DNA of 64,000 bases from the NCBI GenBank assembly GCA_000004985.1, contig GG738846.1. One strand, written 5' to 3'. The position numbers and the translations under genes were made by a program. The notes under the pieces are model-generated. The model saw only the letters and a program-made list of their open reading frames with translations. It had not been told where the DNA came from and did no database searches. This DNA is from Naegleria gruberi (taxonomy: Eukaryota). Positions 21,776-32,692 of this stretch are shown here, piece after piece. How positions within the stretch are numbered: position 1 is the stretch's first letter; every line of letters starts with the position of its first letter.

Positions 21776-22740
21776 ATGTTGAGAAGACAAACCTCTACTT
21801 TCCTCGCCAAGTAAATATCACATTTATTTTTTTAATTGTATGACTAACACATTTGTGCTGCTATCTTTTTAAAATATAAATTTGCGCTCGCTTCCTACTA
21901 TTAAACAACAATAGCGCTTTGAAGCAACAAAAGACCTACGGTTTTGCTACCTATGCCACAGCTACTCAAGCTGCTACTTTGGATGAAACTGTCAGAAAGG
22001 TTTTGAAGCCAGAAGTTTTGAAGGTCATTGAAGCCAAGACTGACTCTCTCTTGATCAAAAAATTGAACTTCTTGGGTAGATACTTTGTCTGCAGATTGAA
22101 CGTTGCCAGCAAGTTGATCTTGAATTCCTTGTCTCAAGAAAACTGCTTCAGAATTATTGTTAACGAATTGGATGATCCATGGGAATACTACTGGAAGCAA
22201 GTTAGAAAGAACGGTAAGGACTCTCAAAAGTGGTTGGAAAGCTTGAGGGAAGTTAAGGACTTGCCAATGATTGCTGATAGATGTTGGAGAAACATGTTGC
22301 TCTCTGGTGTTTATCCAACTACTGAACACTTCAACACTTATCTTGATGTCTTGGCCAATACAAATGACAACTTCTACCTCCACGATACTTTCGATGATTT
22401 GAAGAGAAGAAACCCATATCAAAAGCCTGATGCTGCTACCTTCAACACCATGTTGGACAACTACATTAGACATCAAGATGGTCAAAGAGCCCTCGTCCAA
22501 TTGGAATACATGAAATCAAAGAATATTGCTGTTGATGCTTCCTTGGAAGGTAAGCTTAAGGAACTCGTTGCTACCTATGATCACGAAAAGGGTGCCGCTT
22601 GGGCTTTGGACAGAGGTGCTGATAAGCCAGAATTCGAAGTTAAGAAGGAACAAGCTTTAGAAAAGAATCAAAACAAGATTTCTGATAACTTGGAAAGATA
22701 CATCCAACCAGACTTCTCCAAGTTGGTTGTCCAAGAGTAA
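21776..22740 (+). CDS. Unknown protein, probably abundant and mitochondrial-targeted with PPR-like helical repeats; 2 exons: join(21776..21810,21915..22740)
   Basis: A 35-nt first exon MLRRQTSTFLA(N) ends in the GTAAAT donor and the acceptor lies at 21913-14. Exon 2 has strongly biased yeast-like optimal codons. Helical repeat motifs (ATFNTMLDNYIRHQDGQRALVQLEYMKSKNI) are present. I cannot assign a function. Confidence 0.5.
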
Positions 22741-23165
22741 ATTCATTGACATGCCATCACCATCACTTTTTGTATTTAAATTGAGGGACTAAGGTTCCGG
22801 GAGGTCCCGTCATTGGGAGTTTTAACATCGTTCAATTGAAAAATAAACGCTTCATTAAACATAAATTATTTAAAAATAATGTAATTATTATCTTGAAAAT
22901 TAAAATAAATATATTTGAAAATTAAACACTCCAAGTGGCTTTATGTTTATTGTTGAAAATAGAATACAGAGGTTGATAATCAAAACTACTTGTTGATGTT
23001 CTCGAAAACCATTAATTGATTGAACCGCTAAAACACGTTACAGTAGTAGATTTGAAAAAACCAAGTTTAAAAAAAAATAAAACCACTAACTACAGTCCCT
23101 CAATTTGATAATTGTGGTTTTGCAACAGCTTTTCCTAAGGTATAACAACAATAAGAACAAACATC

Positions 23166-23795
23166 ATGTATAGTACAACAAATTCAGAGGAATTTTCCAA
23201 CAAGTTCCAACGATCTCTAGATGGTCCAAACAACCATAACATCTTTCCTAGACAATCCCCTTCCAATCATAATACGGATCCAAACTTGATGAGAACCACC
23301 CAATTGTTCCATTCAACAATTAATAGTAAATCAGTTACACTTCATAAGGGAACAGGTGGAGGTTTTCAAACAAACAATTTACCATTTCGCCCAACTGATA
23401 ATGAAATTCCTGTTCAACCAGTGACAAGATGGAGAGACAGACTCATTGATCCTAATTGCCATCCATCAGATTTGTCAATGTCTCAATCAGCATTTAATAA
23501 GAAGGCTAGTTTATACAAGGAGAAGGAACATGCAGATGTTTTGGTTGAGACTTTAAAGAAATCAGCAGGGTATCAATCAAAAGTTGAGGATGATCCTCTC
23601 TTATCATCACATCCAACAGGATACAAGAGCAATTTTAAATCAAAGAACATTGTATCTGGGCAGGATTACCCAGATCATGTTGACTTACCAACCAGACAGC
23701 ATGTTAGTGAAATGAAACAAAACTATACTTTTGGAGATCCTTATCAATTCAATTCATTTATGGACACTATTAAGAGTTCTAACGTAGAGTACTAA
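23166..23795 (+). CDS. Hypothetical protein, 209 aa
   Basis: ORF with an ATG in a plausible context. I recognise no domain, and an upstream exon is possible. Confidence 0.4.
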   Translation: MYSTTNSEEFSNKFQRSLDGPNNHNIFPRQSPSNHNTDPNLMRTTQLFHSTINSKSVTLHKGTGGGFQTNNLPFRPTDNEIPVQPVTRWRDRLIDPNCHPSDLSMSQSAFNKKASLYKEKEHADVLVETLKKSAGYQSKVEDDPLLSSHPTGYKSNFKSKNIVSGQDYPDHVDLPTRQHVSEMKQNYTFGDPYQFNSFMDTIKSSNVEY

Positions 23796-23989
23796 TCCTT
23801 AAAGGACTATCGAATCAGAAAAAATCATTGGATAATATCTAATGATTTACTTGATGATTCCTTGATTCCTTTTGAATTAAACTTGATTGTAAATAATCAC
23901 CACAATAAATAATTCGGAATTTTGTTTCACGTTCTCCGAATGTGGTTTATTGTTGGTGGGAACGTAAAATTGAAACGGTGTGAAAAAAA

Positions 23990-25362
23990 ATGTCATCTAT
24001 TGTATCCGCTATTACTCAACATTCTAATCAATTGTTAATCCTCGGCTTGGGTGCTGCTTTGGGTTTTGCTGTCTCAAAGACTTGTTGCACTAAAAAGTGT
24101 ACAAGAGGTACTGGAGCTTGTAAGTCTGCCACCACTACTCCATCATCATCAACAACAACAACAACAACTCCATCAACTCCATCATCATCAAAGGGTCCAG
24201 TTGTTGATTACTCCAAGAAGACCAAGGAAGAAATCATTGCTGAATTCAAACAAGTTTTCACTGAATTAAAGCAATTTGTTTTGGAAGATATCAAGGCTAA
24301 CTATGAAGTTCCAGAAGAAAATATCCAATATGTTGAAAGAGTAGGTATTTATATTATTCTCACAGTGTTATTTATCATCACACACTTTACATTAAAATAA
24401 CTACAACATAATTTAAATATATTTAGGTACTTGAATATAACGTTCCTCATGGTAAATTGAATCGTGGATTGGCTGTTGTTGATACTTTGTTGATTTTGAA
24501 TAATTATCAAATTTCTCAAGAAGATTTCAAGTTGGCTAGTATTTTGGGTTGGTGTATTGAATTCCTCCAAGCATTCTTCTTGATTGCTGATGATATTATG
24601 GATGCTAGTGTTACTAGACGTGGTCAACCTTGTTGGTATAAATTGAATGATGTCAAGATGACTGCTTGTAATGATTACTTGATTGTTGAATCTCAAATTT
24701 ACATTATTTTGAAGAAGTATTTCAAAAATGATTTATATGTACCACTCGTTGATTTGTTCCATCAAGTCAGTTATATGACTGAATTGGGTCAATTGCACGA
24801 TTTGAGATCTCTCCCACCAAACGTTGATAAGAATTCTTCTGATGAAATTCCATTCCATACTTTCACTATTGAAACTTATTCATTGATTGTCAAGTACAAG
24901 ACTGCTTTCTACAGTTTCTACTTGCCATTGTACTGTGGTTTGATTTTGAGTGGTAAATTGGATGAAAATATTAGAAAGCAAACTTTGGATATTTCAATTG
25001 CTATGGGTGAATACTTCCAAATTCAAGATGATTATTTGGATTGTTATGGTGATCCAGAACACATTGGTAAGATTGGTAGAGATATTGAAGATTGTAAATG
25101 TTCATGGATGGTTGTTAATGCTTTAAAGTTGGCCAATGAAGAACAATTGACTGTCCTCAAGTCTAACTATGGTAAGGAAGAACCAGAAAAGGTTAAATTG
25201 GTTAAGGAATTGTATGCTCAATTGAATTTGGAACAATTGTACAAGGATTATGAAAAGTCTGCTATTGAATCTATGAATCAATTGATTGCCAAGGTTCCAG
25301 AAGTTATCAATAAGGATATTTACAAGACATTGTTGTCTAAGATTGCTAATAGAACCAAGTAA
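23990..25362 (+). CDS. Farnesyl diphosphate synthase with unusual N-terminal hydrophobic/Cys-rich/poly-Thr extension; 2 exons: join(23990..24340,24427..25362)
   Basis: FARM motif LIADDIMD and SARM motif FQIQDDYLDCYGDPEHIGKIGRDIEDCKCSW. Intron GTAGGT...TTTAG (86 nt). The junction reads ...IQYVERV|LEYNVPHGKLNRG, as in FPPS. The first ~75 aa are LLILGLGAALGFAVS, then CCTKKCTRGTGACK, then TTTPSSSTTTTTTPSTPSSS. Confidence 0.8.
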
Positions 25363-25437
25363 ATGAATAGATTGTTTTTTAAAATCGAAATGTGTTTTAT
25401 TTTACAACTTCTTAATTGAGTATTTCAAAGTCATTCA

Positions 25438-28400
25438 TTACACCTTATAACCAATTCTATTCTCCAACCACAAGTTTCTTGCCATTTCTGCAGATGGTCT
25501 TCTTTCATAATTCTTATCCAACATGATCATTACAAAATCAATAATGGCATTCACATCAATGGTTTGACCATTCACTATCACAGTATTATTATTACTTGGG
25601 GTAGCTAATAAGTTTTGACTACTTCCACTATTTGCACTGAGTGGCAAGTTACCAGCATTCAACGATTCCATAAAGGCCAAAGTCAATCTCTCTCTAATTT
25701 CCTTACCACCATTGAGGATAGAAATTCTTACAGTAGTTTGGAAATCTCTTGTTATCATGATATAAAATACACATCCCAATCCATAGATATCAGTTTTAGA
25801 TACATCTTTCACTTCACCAGCAAATAATTCTGGACTTTGGAACAATTCTGTACCAACAATACTTGTTTTTGTAATTACATTTTCAATATCTCCCTTTGCT
25901 AATCCAAAATCTGATAGAACAACATGATCTTGTGATTTTAAAAGGAAGTTTTCTGGTTTGATATCTCTGTGATAGACTTGTCTCTGATGAATATATTCAA
26001 TACTTGATAACATTTGTCGCATATAATTCAAAATTCTATTAATTGGTAAATTAGATTTCAAATTCAATAAATAAGATTGGAAATCACCCATTTCTAAAAA
26101 TGGCATTGTAAAACACCATTTTTCAAAATTACCAATATTAGTTTCAAATATTTCATAGACAGGTAAAATATTTTCATGATTCAATTTGGACATTTGAATA
26201 AATTCAACATTATTTCCCTCTTCTCTTGGTAAAATCTTCAAGGCAAGTATCTTTTTATCTTCACTCTGTAAATCACAAACTTTGAAAACACTTCCAAAAC
26301 CACCAAAACCAATCTTTTTCAATACTTCATATCTATTGATTAGAACATTCTTCTTGGTCTTTTTAACTTGATTTCCATTATTAGAAGTACTACTCTTCTT
26401 AATATTATTATACAATTTGACTAGATTTGAGATTTCTGTATTATCAGAGAGTGGTTTGATAAAGTAATTATAAATTAAATCTAGATTTGACTTTTCAAAT
26501 ATGAGTTTAAAGTATTCTTCAACATTTGGAATGGAGTTTTTGAGTTTTGGTAAAAGATTTGCATTAGAGAATAATCTAACATTGATAAAATCGGTCCACT
26601 TTTCATAAAATCTATTATGATTACCATTATAATTTGTAACTGACATTGGTAAAAAGTAAATATTAACAAATTTGGTATAGTCAATATTTGAAATTTCTTG
26701 TAAATAGTTTGCCATATACTCAAATATGGTAATCTTCATTTCAGTATCAAGTATTGTTGAAAATGATGCTAAACATAAACATTCCAAATAAATATTGGAA
26801 TTAAAATTATACTTTCTGATATATTTTAAAAATTCAAAAATATCCAACACTCTCTTCTTATGGAATGGTCTAAACATTTCAATTTCGGAAACCAATGGAT
26901 TGATACATTGTAATTTATCAAATTCTCCATTAAGTGTTGAATTAATCATACTTAATATAATGTTAATAGTTTCTTGATTATTTTCAGAGATGGAGAGCAT
27001 TTCTGTAAAGAGATTGTCATTATTACAAGACCAATAAATGATCAAGTAGAAGAATGTATAAATTTTCTTTCTTAATTCCATTGAATTGGTATATAATTGT
27101 TCACTCTTTGGTTTAGTTTCCATTTCTTTCAAATACTTTTTACAATCGGCCATTAATTGAATATCAGAGTTGAGTAAAATTGGACCAAATTGACAAAGTT
27201 GATAAAATAAATTAATAATAACTGGAGTACTCAACTCATTATTGACAATGATAGTATTTTCAAATAATCTACCAATTTGAACCAATAGTGGAATGTAATT
27301 CTTATCTTTCTGAATATTCTCCTTAATGAGAGGTATGGTAATTTTAATGAGAATAGAATTGATAAGATTAACATTAAATGTTTGGAAACATTTGGATTTG
27401 AGAATGTTTGAATATACATTGAATTTTTCAGTTTGTGAAATTTCAATTTCGAATAGGTTCTTTAAGAATGCTTCAAACTCTTCATAGGTCAGAATTTCAA
27501 ATAAAATATCAAATACAGAGACAGTGAGTGATTTCATCAAATTACCCTTCACAACAGCAACATTTGGTAAGTTGGTTGCATTGAGGTTTAGAATGAGTAG
27601 TAATTTAGAAACGAGTGAATTAAATTGTTCTTTAAATTCAATAATTTCTTTGGTTTGCTTTGTTTGCTTCTTCTTTTCCTGTTGGGAACTATTCTTCTTT
27701 TTCAACATGATCATAACAAGTGAGAATGATTGAATGGCATGATAAATAGTCTTGTAGTGGATTTCATTATTAGAAATTGAAGTAGAGTTATTCTTTGAAA
27801 TCATTGAGAGAGTATTTAACGATTCTTGTAATCTATCATTGAGATAGATTAAAACAGATTGATAAACTTTTTCATTAATTGGAATCTTGTAAATGATTTG
27901 TTCAAATAATAGTTCAGAATTTTTAAAATATTGACCAATGAAATAGAATAGAGATTCCAAAGTCTTCAATCGAATATGTGGATCATCAAAGTAAAATTCC
28001 AAAATTGAAAACAATGAAATGAATAACCCATTTGCATGTAAAACACATTCCTTATAGGTAATCTTCTTTTTTACAACTTCAATCAATTCAAGTATTGAAA
28101 TATTCTTGATAATGAATTGCTTCCACAGGAAGAATATTTGTAAATAGTTGTTATGCGGTATTGTTGAAATGAAGAATGTAAAACTCATTTTGATATTATT
28201 CTTTTCAGGTTTTGATTTCTTCAATTCAGGTAAAATACTTAAAATATTAGCTCTCGATGATAAATTACCATATAAAGTATTGGATGAATTCTTTTGTGGC
28301 TTGTATAGTTCAATAAGTTTCAATTTTTCAAAATTCATAATTGATTCATTATCTGTAAACTTGTAAAAACCAACAAGTGCTGGTTCATCTTCAATTTCAT

Positions 28401-30534
28401 ACTTATTTCCCCTGCTCGAATTGTTAATGTTATAAATATAGAGATATAGATATAAATTATCAAAACTCTCAACATTGGAAGCATCAATGTGAAAAGGTTC
28501 AAAGAATTTTGGATTTGTTTTTTTACAGAACAAGTAACTTGTATAGTGATAGGGTCCATCAATATTATCCATCAATTTACCAGATCTAATCTTGATTGGA
28601 TCATTTTCATTATTTCTATAAAGTGGAATAAATCTTCCCTCCTTTGTTTGATTATTCTTCACTTCAAATAATCGAATAACTACGAGTGGATTCTTGGATT
28701 TTATCATTGAAGATGAAAATGTAGCTCTATCCATTGATGGATAAATATCACATCTATTTTCTAAGAATGAATAATTGGTTCTAATTTCATTCTTTGTATT
28801 GATTGAAAACCAATTAATAGGTTTAGCTGTTGTAAGTCTTTGAAATTGTGGCTGATCATTTAAAATTATATCATAATCACCCTTATAAAATACAAAATTA
28901 ACATTTAACTGATCTTTCAATTGTTTACATTCAGTTCCAATTGTTTTGTAAGAGTAGAGTGAAGTTGGAGCACTCTGTACACTAGTTGTTGATAATTCAT
29001 TAATGAGAGATGTTAAAGTTGTGGAAGAACCTGCATTTGGTGAGCTAAGGGCTGATGAGGTAGAACCTGTTGTTATTGTTGTACTGGTGGTGGAACCTGA
29101 TGTGAATGGTGATAGTGTTGTTGATGCATTTGTTGTTGATATTGTTGTTGATGGAGCACTGCTGCCCATTAGAAGATTACCAAGTGAAGAGGCATTACTG
29201 GTGGAGGATGAATTTAAACCGAGAAGTTCACTCGAAGAGGATGGGTTATTTCCACCCATGATAGATCCCTTTCTTCCAATTGTATTGTTATTATGAGATG
29301 TTGTTGTTGTATTGTTATTACTATTTGAATTGTCACTAGTTGAAGAAGTATTCGAATCTTCATCTTCTAACAGATAGGTTGGTTTAACACTTAAACGTTT
29401 ACCAACATGTTGAGCAGCAATAACAGCATGTAACATTGTAAATTTCTTTTCATGAGTCTTTTCATAAAATTCACAAGATTTTGTTATGGATTGACCATTT
29501 GATAATTCTCTAATAGTATCATGATCGAATGGAATTGCACAAACAGCAAGAGGTCTCCTCAAGTGTGTAATATCTGAATCATCTTTTGCAGGATTGTAAT
29601 TATACATGAAATTTTGACTATTATTATCAATATTTGATAGTAAACTAGTAGAATTATTATTAGAAATTGATGTCTTTGTAATATTATACTTTTTAAAGGC
29701 TCTACCTATTAGAAATATATCATCCTTTAATAAATAGGATCCAGTAACATCTCTAAATAAACAAATTCTGTTTCTACCACTGTCAGATGAAATTGCTACA
29801 GTTTCCGATATAAATCTTGCTTCATTTAAACTATAAAGTGTAAAATCAATTTCAATATTTTCCTCACTCTGAGCAGAAAATATATGAAAATCAAAAACAA
29901 CCATCAATTGAAAAGTATCATTAATAGAAATGTTCAATTTCTTTGTACTTTCTTCCACATTATCCAAATCTGAATTTCCATCATTGACATTTAATGATGA
30001 TGATCCACTGCTATTGTTATTGGATGAAGAATTACCACTACCAATACTACCATTACTTGTATTGAGTGATGATGATGCTGATGCTGACGAGGTTGAATTT
30101 GATGAAGATCCAGCACCATTAGTATTCATCTTTTTAGATAGGGTATTCAAAACTTTATCTTTAAAGGAGAGACTCTTCTTCTTTTCATTGGTAGTACCAG
30201 CCCCCATTGGACTAGAAGAGGAGGGTGATGTTTGTTGTTGTTGTTGTTGTTGATGTTTGTTTCTCCTTCTTCTATAATTGAGTGTTACAAGTTTTAAATG
30301 TTGTTTATCATTGATAAATTCTTCAAGGAATGATCGACCATGATTAGTTTCATTCTCAATTTCATTGATGCTATCAATGATGGAAATATAGGGAGAAGTA
30401 GAATTATTTTCATTATTATTATTACTTGAATTGCTGAAACTTTGTCTCAGTGTGTTGTTATTGAAGGAGGAACCACCACTGCCACCAGTGTAGGATGGAA
30501 GTAAATGTGGTGAGGTTCCTGAGATCTTTCTCAT
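25438..30534 (-). CDS. Giant multidomain protein (1698 aa) with C-terminal Ser/Thr protein kinase domain and long helical/low-complexity N-terminal region
   Basis: Kinase motifs GFGGFGSVFKV, ALKIL, HRDIKPENFLL, DFGLAK, SPE and DIYGLGCVFY lie in the last ~300 aa. Upstream are Asn/Ser/Thr/Gln homopolymers and a long helical repeat region. Single exon. Confidence 0.75.
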   Translation of the reverse strand: MRKISGTSPHLLPSYTGGSGGSSFNNNTLRQSFSNSSNNNNENNSTSPYISIIDSINEIENETNHGRSFLEEFINDKQHLKLVTLNYRRRRNKHQQQQQQQTSPSSSSPMGAGTTNEKKKSLSFKDKVLNTLSKKMNTNGAGSSSNSTSSASASSSLNTSNGSIGSGNSSSNNNSSGSSSLNVNDGNSDLDNVEESTKKLNISINDTFQLMVVFDFHIFSAQSEENIEIDFTLYSLNEARFISETVAISSDSGRNRICLFRDVTGSYLLKDDIFLIGRAFKKYNITKTSISNNNSTSLLSNIDNNSQNFMYNYNPAKDDSDITHLRRPLAVCAIPFDHDTIRELSNGQSITKSCEFYEKTHEKKFTMLHAVIAAQHVGKRLSVKPTYLLEDEDSNTSSTSDNSNSNNNTTTTSHNNNTIGRKGSIMGGNNPSSSSELLGLNSSSTSNASSLGNLLMGSSAPSTTISTTNASTTLSPFTSGSTTSTTITTGSTSSALSSPNAGSSTTLTSLINELSTTSVQSAPTSLYSYKTIGTECKQLKDQLNVNFVFYKGDYDIILNDQPQFQRLTTAKPINWFSINTKNEIRTNYSFLENRCDIYPSMDRATFSSSMIKSKNPLVVIRLFEVKNNQTKEGRFIPLYRNNENDPIKIRSGKLMDNIDGPYHYTSYLFCKKTNPKFFEPFHIDASNVESFDNLYLYLYIYNINNSSRGNKYEIEDEPALVGFYKFTDNESIMNFEKLKLIELYKPQKNSSNTLYGNLSSRANILSILPELKKSKPEKNNIKMSFTFFISTIPHNNYLQIFFLWKQFIIKNISILELIEVVKKKITYKECVLHANGLFISLFSILEFYFDDPHIRLKTLESLFYFIGQYFKNSELLFEQIIYKIPINEKVYQSVLIYLNDRLQESLNTLSMISKNNSTSISNNEIHYKTIYHAIQSFSLVMIMLKKKNSSQQEKKKQTKQTKEIIEFKEQFNSLVSKLLLILNLNATNLPNVAVVKGNLMKSLTVSVFDILFEILTYEEFEAFLKNLFEIEISQTEKFNVYSNILKSKCFQTFNVNLINSILIKITIPLIKENIQKDKNYIPLLVQIGRLFENTIIVNNELSTPVIINLFYQLCQFGPILLNSDIQLMADCKKYLKEMETKPKSEQLYTNSMELRKKIYTFFYLIIYWSCNNDNLFTEMLSISENNQETINIILSMINSTLNGEFDKLQCINPLVSEIEMFRPFHKKRVLDIFEFLKYIRKYNFNSNIYLECLCLASFSTILDTEMKITIFEYMANYLQEISNIDYTKFVNIYFLPMSVTNYNGNHNRFYEKWTDFINVRLFSNANLLPKLKNSIPNVEEYFKLIFEKSNLDLIYNYFIKPLSDNTEISNLVKLYNNIKKSSTSNNGNQVKKTKKNVLINRYEVLKKIGFGGFGSVFKVCDLQSEDKKILALKILPREEGNNVEFIQMSKLNHENILPVYEIFETNIGNFEKWCFTMPFLEMGDFQSYLLNLKSNLPINRILNYMRQMLSSIEYIHQRQVYHRDIKPENFLLKSQDHVVLSDFGLAKGDIENVITKTSIVGTELFQSPELFAGEVKDVSKTDIYGLGCVFYIMITRDFQTTVRISILNGGKEIRERLTLAFMESLNAGNLPLSANSGSSQNLLATPSNNNTVIVNGQTIDVNAIIDFVMIMLDKNYERRPSAEMARNLWLENRIGYKV

Positions 30535-30803
30535 TATTTTTTTTTTAATTTCACAAAGAGTTCAATGACATTTGAAGTGATCTCTCTCTTTTTCAAAGAA
30601 GCCTTCAATTTTTAAGGGGACAAGTTATCGTTTTTTCAAATACTGGTAGGTTTGATGAGATGTGCAGAGGAAATAAGACTTTATTAAAAAAAGACACTTT
30701 GAAGAATGGATTTCAGTTAAGCAGCAGATTAAAGTGTAATTATTACACACAAATTATTCTATAGACTACTACTACTCATTTGAATATATTGGGAATAAAA
30801 CTT

Positions 30804-31706
30804 TTATTTTTCATTTGTTGAACTATTGTTCAATAAGCATTGTTGCATTAATTGATTTAATTTAGAACAACCATCAATACATAAATCCATAGCTTCACCA
30901 ATTTTCTGATAACTCATATCACCAACTTGAGATAATTGAGTTACTTGATTTAAATTGGACATGTAAGCACAAACCATACCACCACTTGCATATTTATATT
31001 CCAAATTAGTTGGATCAACAATAATATGACCTTCCAATTCGCTTGTTGTACAAGCACTAACCATATCATACATTTCAATGCCAGCATTTGCAAGAGCTAA
31101 ACTAGCACAACTAATAGCAGCACTCAAAGCACTTCCATCATCTTGTAAAATAAAACAATATACATCAATAACACTCTTTGGATATTTATCCAATCTAATT
31201 GAAACCTCCAAAGCTTCACGTAAATGAATAGAATTTTCAACATGATGTCTCCTATTATTATTACTTGAATTATTTAAAAATGTTGATTGATTATTTGAAG
31301 ATTGATAAGCAAAATTAGCAACTCTATATTCACATTGTATTGCTCCGATATCACTAAATTCATTCCTGGCACTGATTTGTCTTGGTCCATAGACTGAACA
31401 AATTACTTTAGTTCCATTTTGATATTCCATATAGGCACTTCCACGTGCTTGTTTTATCACTCCAACTTGCATGAATACATTACGGAATTTATCACATGTA
31501 CGATTATCTTGTCTTTTTCCTGTTTCTATATTAATTAAATTTTTACTACTAGTAGCATTGTTATTATTAATAGTGGTATTATTATTCTTTGTTGTATTAT
31601 TGTTTGATGGATAGATTGGTCTCACCGAAAGTGCAGGAGGCTGATTCAAGAGTGAAGCTGTTGATGTTGGATTTAAAATATTGGTAATGCTGCTACTTGA
31701 TGACAT
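30804..31706 (-). CDS. Exosome RNase-PH-domain subunit (Rrp41/Mtr3-like)
   Basis: GSAYMEYQNGTKVICSVYGPRQ and ...DVYCFILQDDGSALSAAISCASLALANAGIEM are typical of RNase PH exosome subunits. Poly-N insertions are present. Confidence 0.65.
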   Translation of the reverse strand: MSSSSSITNILNPTSTASLLNQPPALSVRPIYPSNNNTTKNNNTTINNNNATSSKNLINIETGKRQDNRTCDKFRNVFMQVGVIKQARGSAYMEYQNGTKVICSVYGPRQISARNEFSDIGAIQCEYRVANFAYQSSNNQSTFLNNSSNNNRRHHVENSIHLREALEVSIRLDKYPKSVIDVYCFILQDDGSALSAAISCASLALANAGIEMYDMVSACTTSELEGHIIVDPTNLEYKYASGGMVCAYMSNLNQVTQLSQVGDMSYQKIGEAMDLCIDGCSKLNQLMQQCLLNNSSTNEK

Positions 31707-31855
31707 TTTTTAAAAATTTATTTTCACATTCTTATTTGAACAATCTTAAAGTTGTTAGACACAATTCTTTAAATATTTAAATGTAAAATTAATATATTTA
31801 TTCATATTAATTCATTATTTAATACATTGTTTTTTAAAATTTATTTTTGAAACAT

Positions 31856-32692
31856 TTATTGTTTAGTATTATTATTATTTGGAGTTGTGGATCTACAACG
31901 ATCAAATGATGGGAAATTACAACCAGCAAATACTGCCACAAGGGCAATAATAACTAAAATACAAATACAAATAATTGAAAGGATAATAATTCTCTTTTTC
32001 ATGGAACTTTTCAATTTTCTAGATTTTCCTCTGAAACCATATGCTTGATCTTGTAATTGTTCTGTTCTTTCTACGAGAGTTTCTAATTTTTCTCCTCTCT
32101 CAATAACTTTGTCAATATTTGAAATCATTACATCTTTGGTGGCATCTATTTGATTTTTAAGTTTGTAAATTTTATCATTTTCAAAATTATTGTAATGAGC
32201 CATTCTATCTTTAATAATACTTGAAACAGCCTTATAGGTTTGATTTCCAAAACTGTTGTTACTAAAACCTTGTCTCTTAAATTGTGTTTCTACATCATCA
32301 ATAAAATTATAACAAATTCTCATTGGACATTCTGCATCGGAACAAACAAGAAAAAGATATTTGTTATCCACAACTTTGTAATGAAAATTAAATGTTGCTT
32401 GTGTTAGTGTTCGTTTGTGATTAACATGAGAAATCTTTTCTCCAATACTTAGACAAGTTTGTCTAATAATTTGAGCGTGTTGATGACTTGTCCCTGAAAA
32501 ACTTCCAACAAAATTTCCATTACTTATTGTCAATCCACGAAAATATTCTCCAATTAAAATACACGATGATGATGAATCGGTAGAGGAAGCATTAGGATTT
32601 GATGTATAATATTCAGATGAATCAATGGCATCCTTGAAAACAGATATGAGTCCATAAACAAGTTGTGCCGGAGAAGAGGAGGATGAAGACAT
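31856..32692 (-). CDS. Longin-domain R-SNARE (VAMP7-like)
   Basis: Longin domain (...TFNFHYKVVDNKYLFLVCSDAECPMRICYNFIDDVETQF), R-SNARE motif (IDKVIERGEKLETLVERTEQLQDQA), and a C-terminal TM segment plus Cys-rich tail. Confidence 0.75.
   Translation of the reverse strand: MSSSSSSPAQLVYGLISVFKDAIDSSEYYTSNPNASSTDSSSSCILIGEYFRGLTISNGNFVGSFSGTSHQHAQIIRQTCLSIGEKISHVNHKRTLTQATFNFHYKVVDNKYLFLVCSDAECPMRICYNFIDDVETQFKRQGFSNNSFGNQTYKAVSSIIKDRMAHYNNFENDKIYKLKNQIDATKDVMISNIDKVIERGEKLETLVERTEQLQDQAYGFRGKSRKLKSSMKKRIIILSIICICILVIIALVAVFAGCNFPSFDRCRSTTPNNNNTKQ

Noticed and set aside
21901-22500. 199-aa minus-strand ORF antisense to the codon-biased gene at 21776..22740
   Set aside because: Same reason as above: an antisense open frame created by biased codon usage, with no independent support.
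29003-30253. Plus-strand ORFs (97 aa and 107 aa) inside the giant kinase gene
   Set aside because: They lie antisense to the Ser/Asn/Thr homopolymer coding region. The translations are repetitive (VVVEPD..., DDDAD...), typical of reverse-complement low-complexity sequence.
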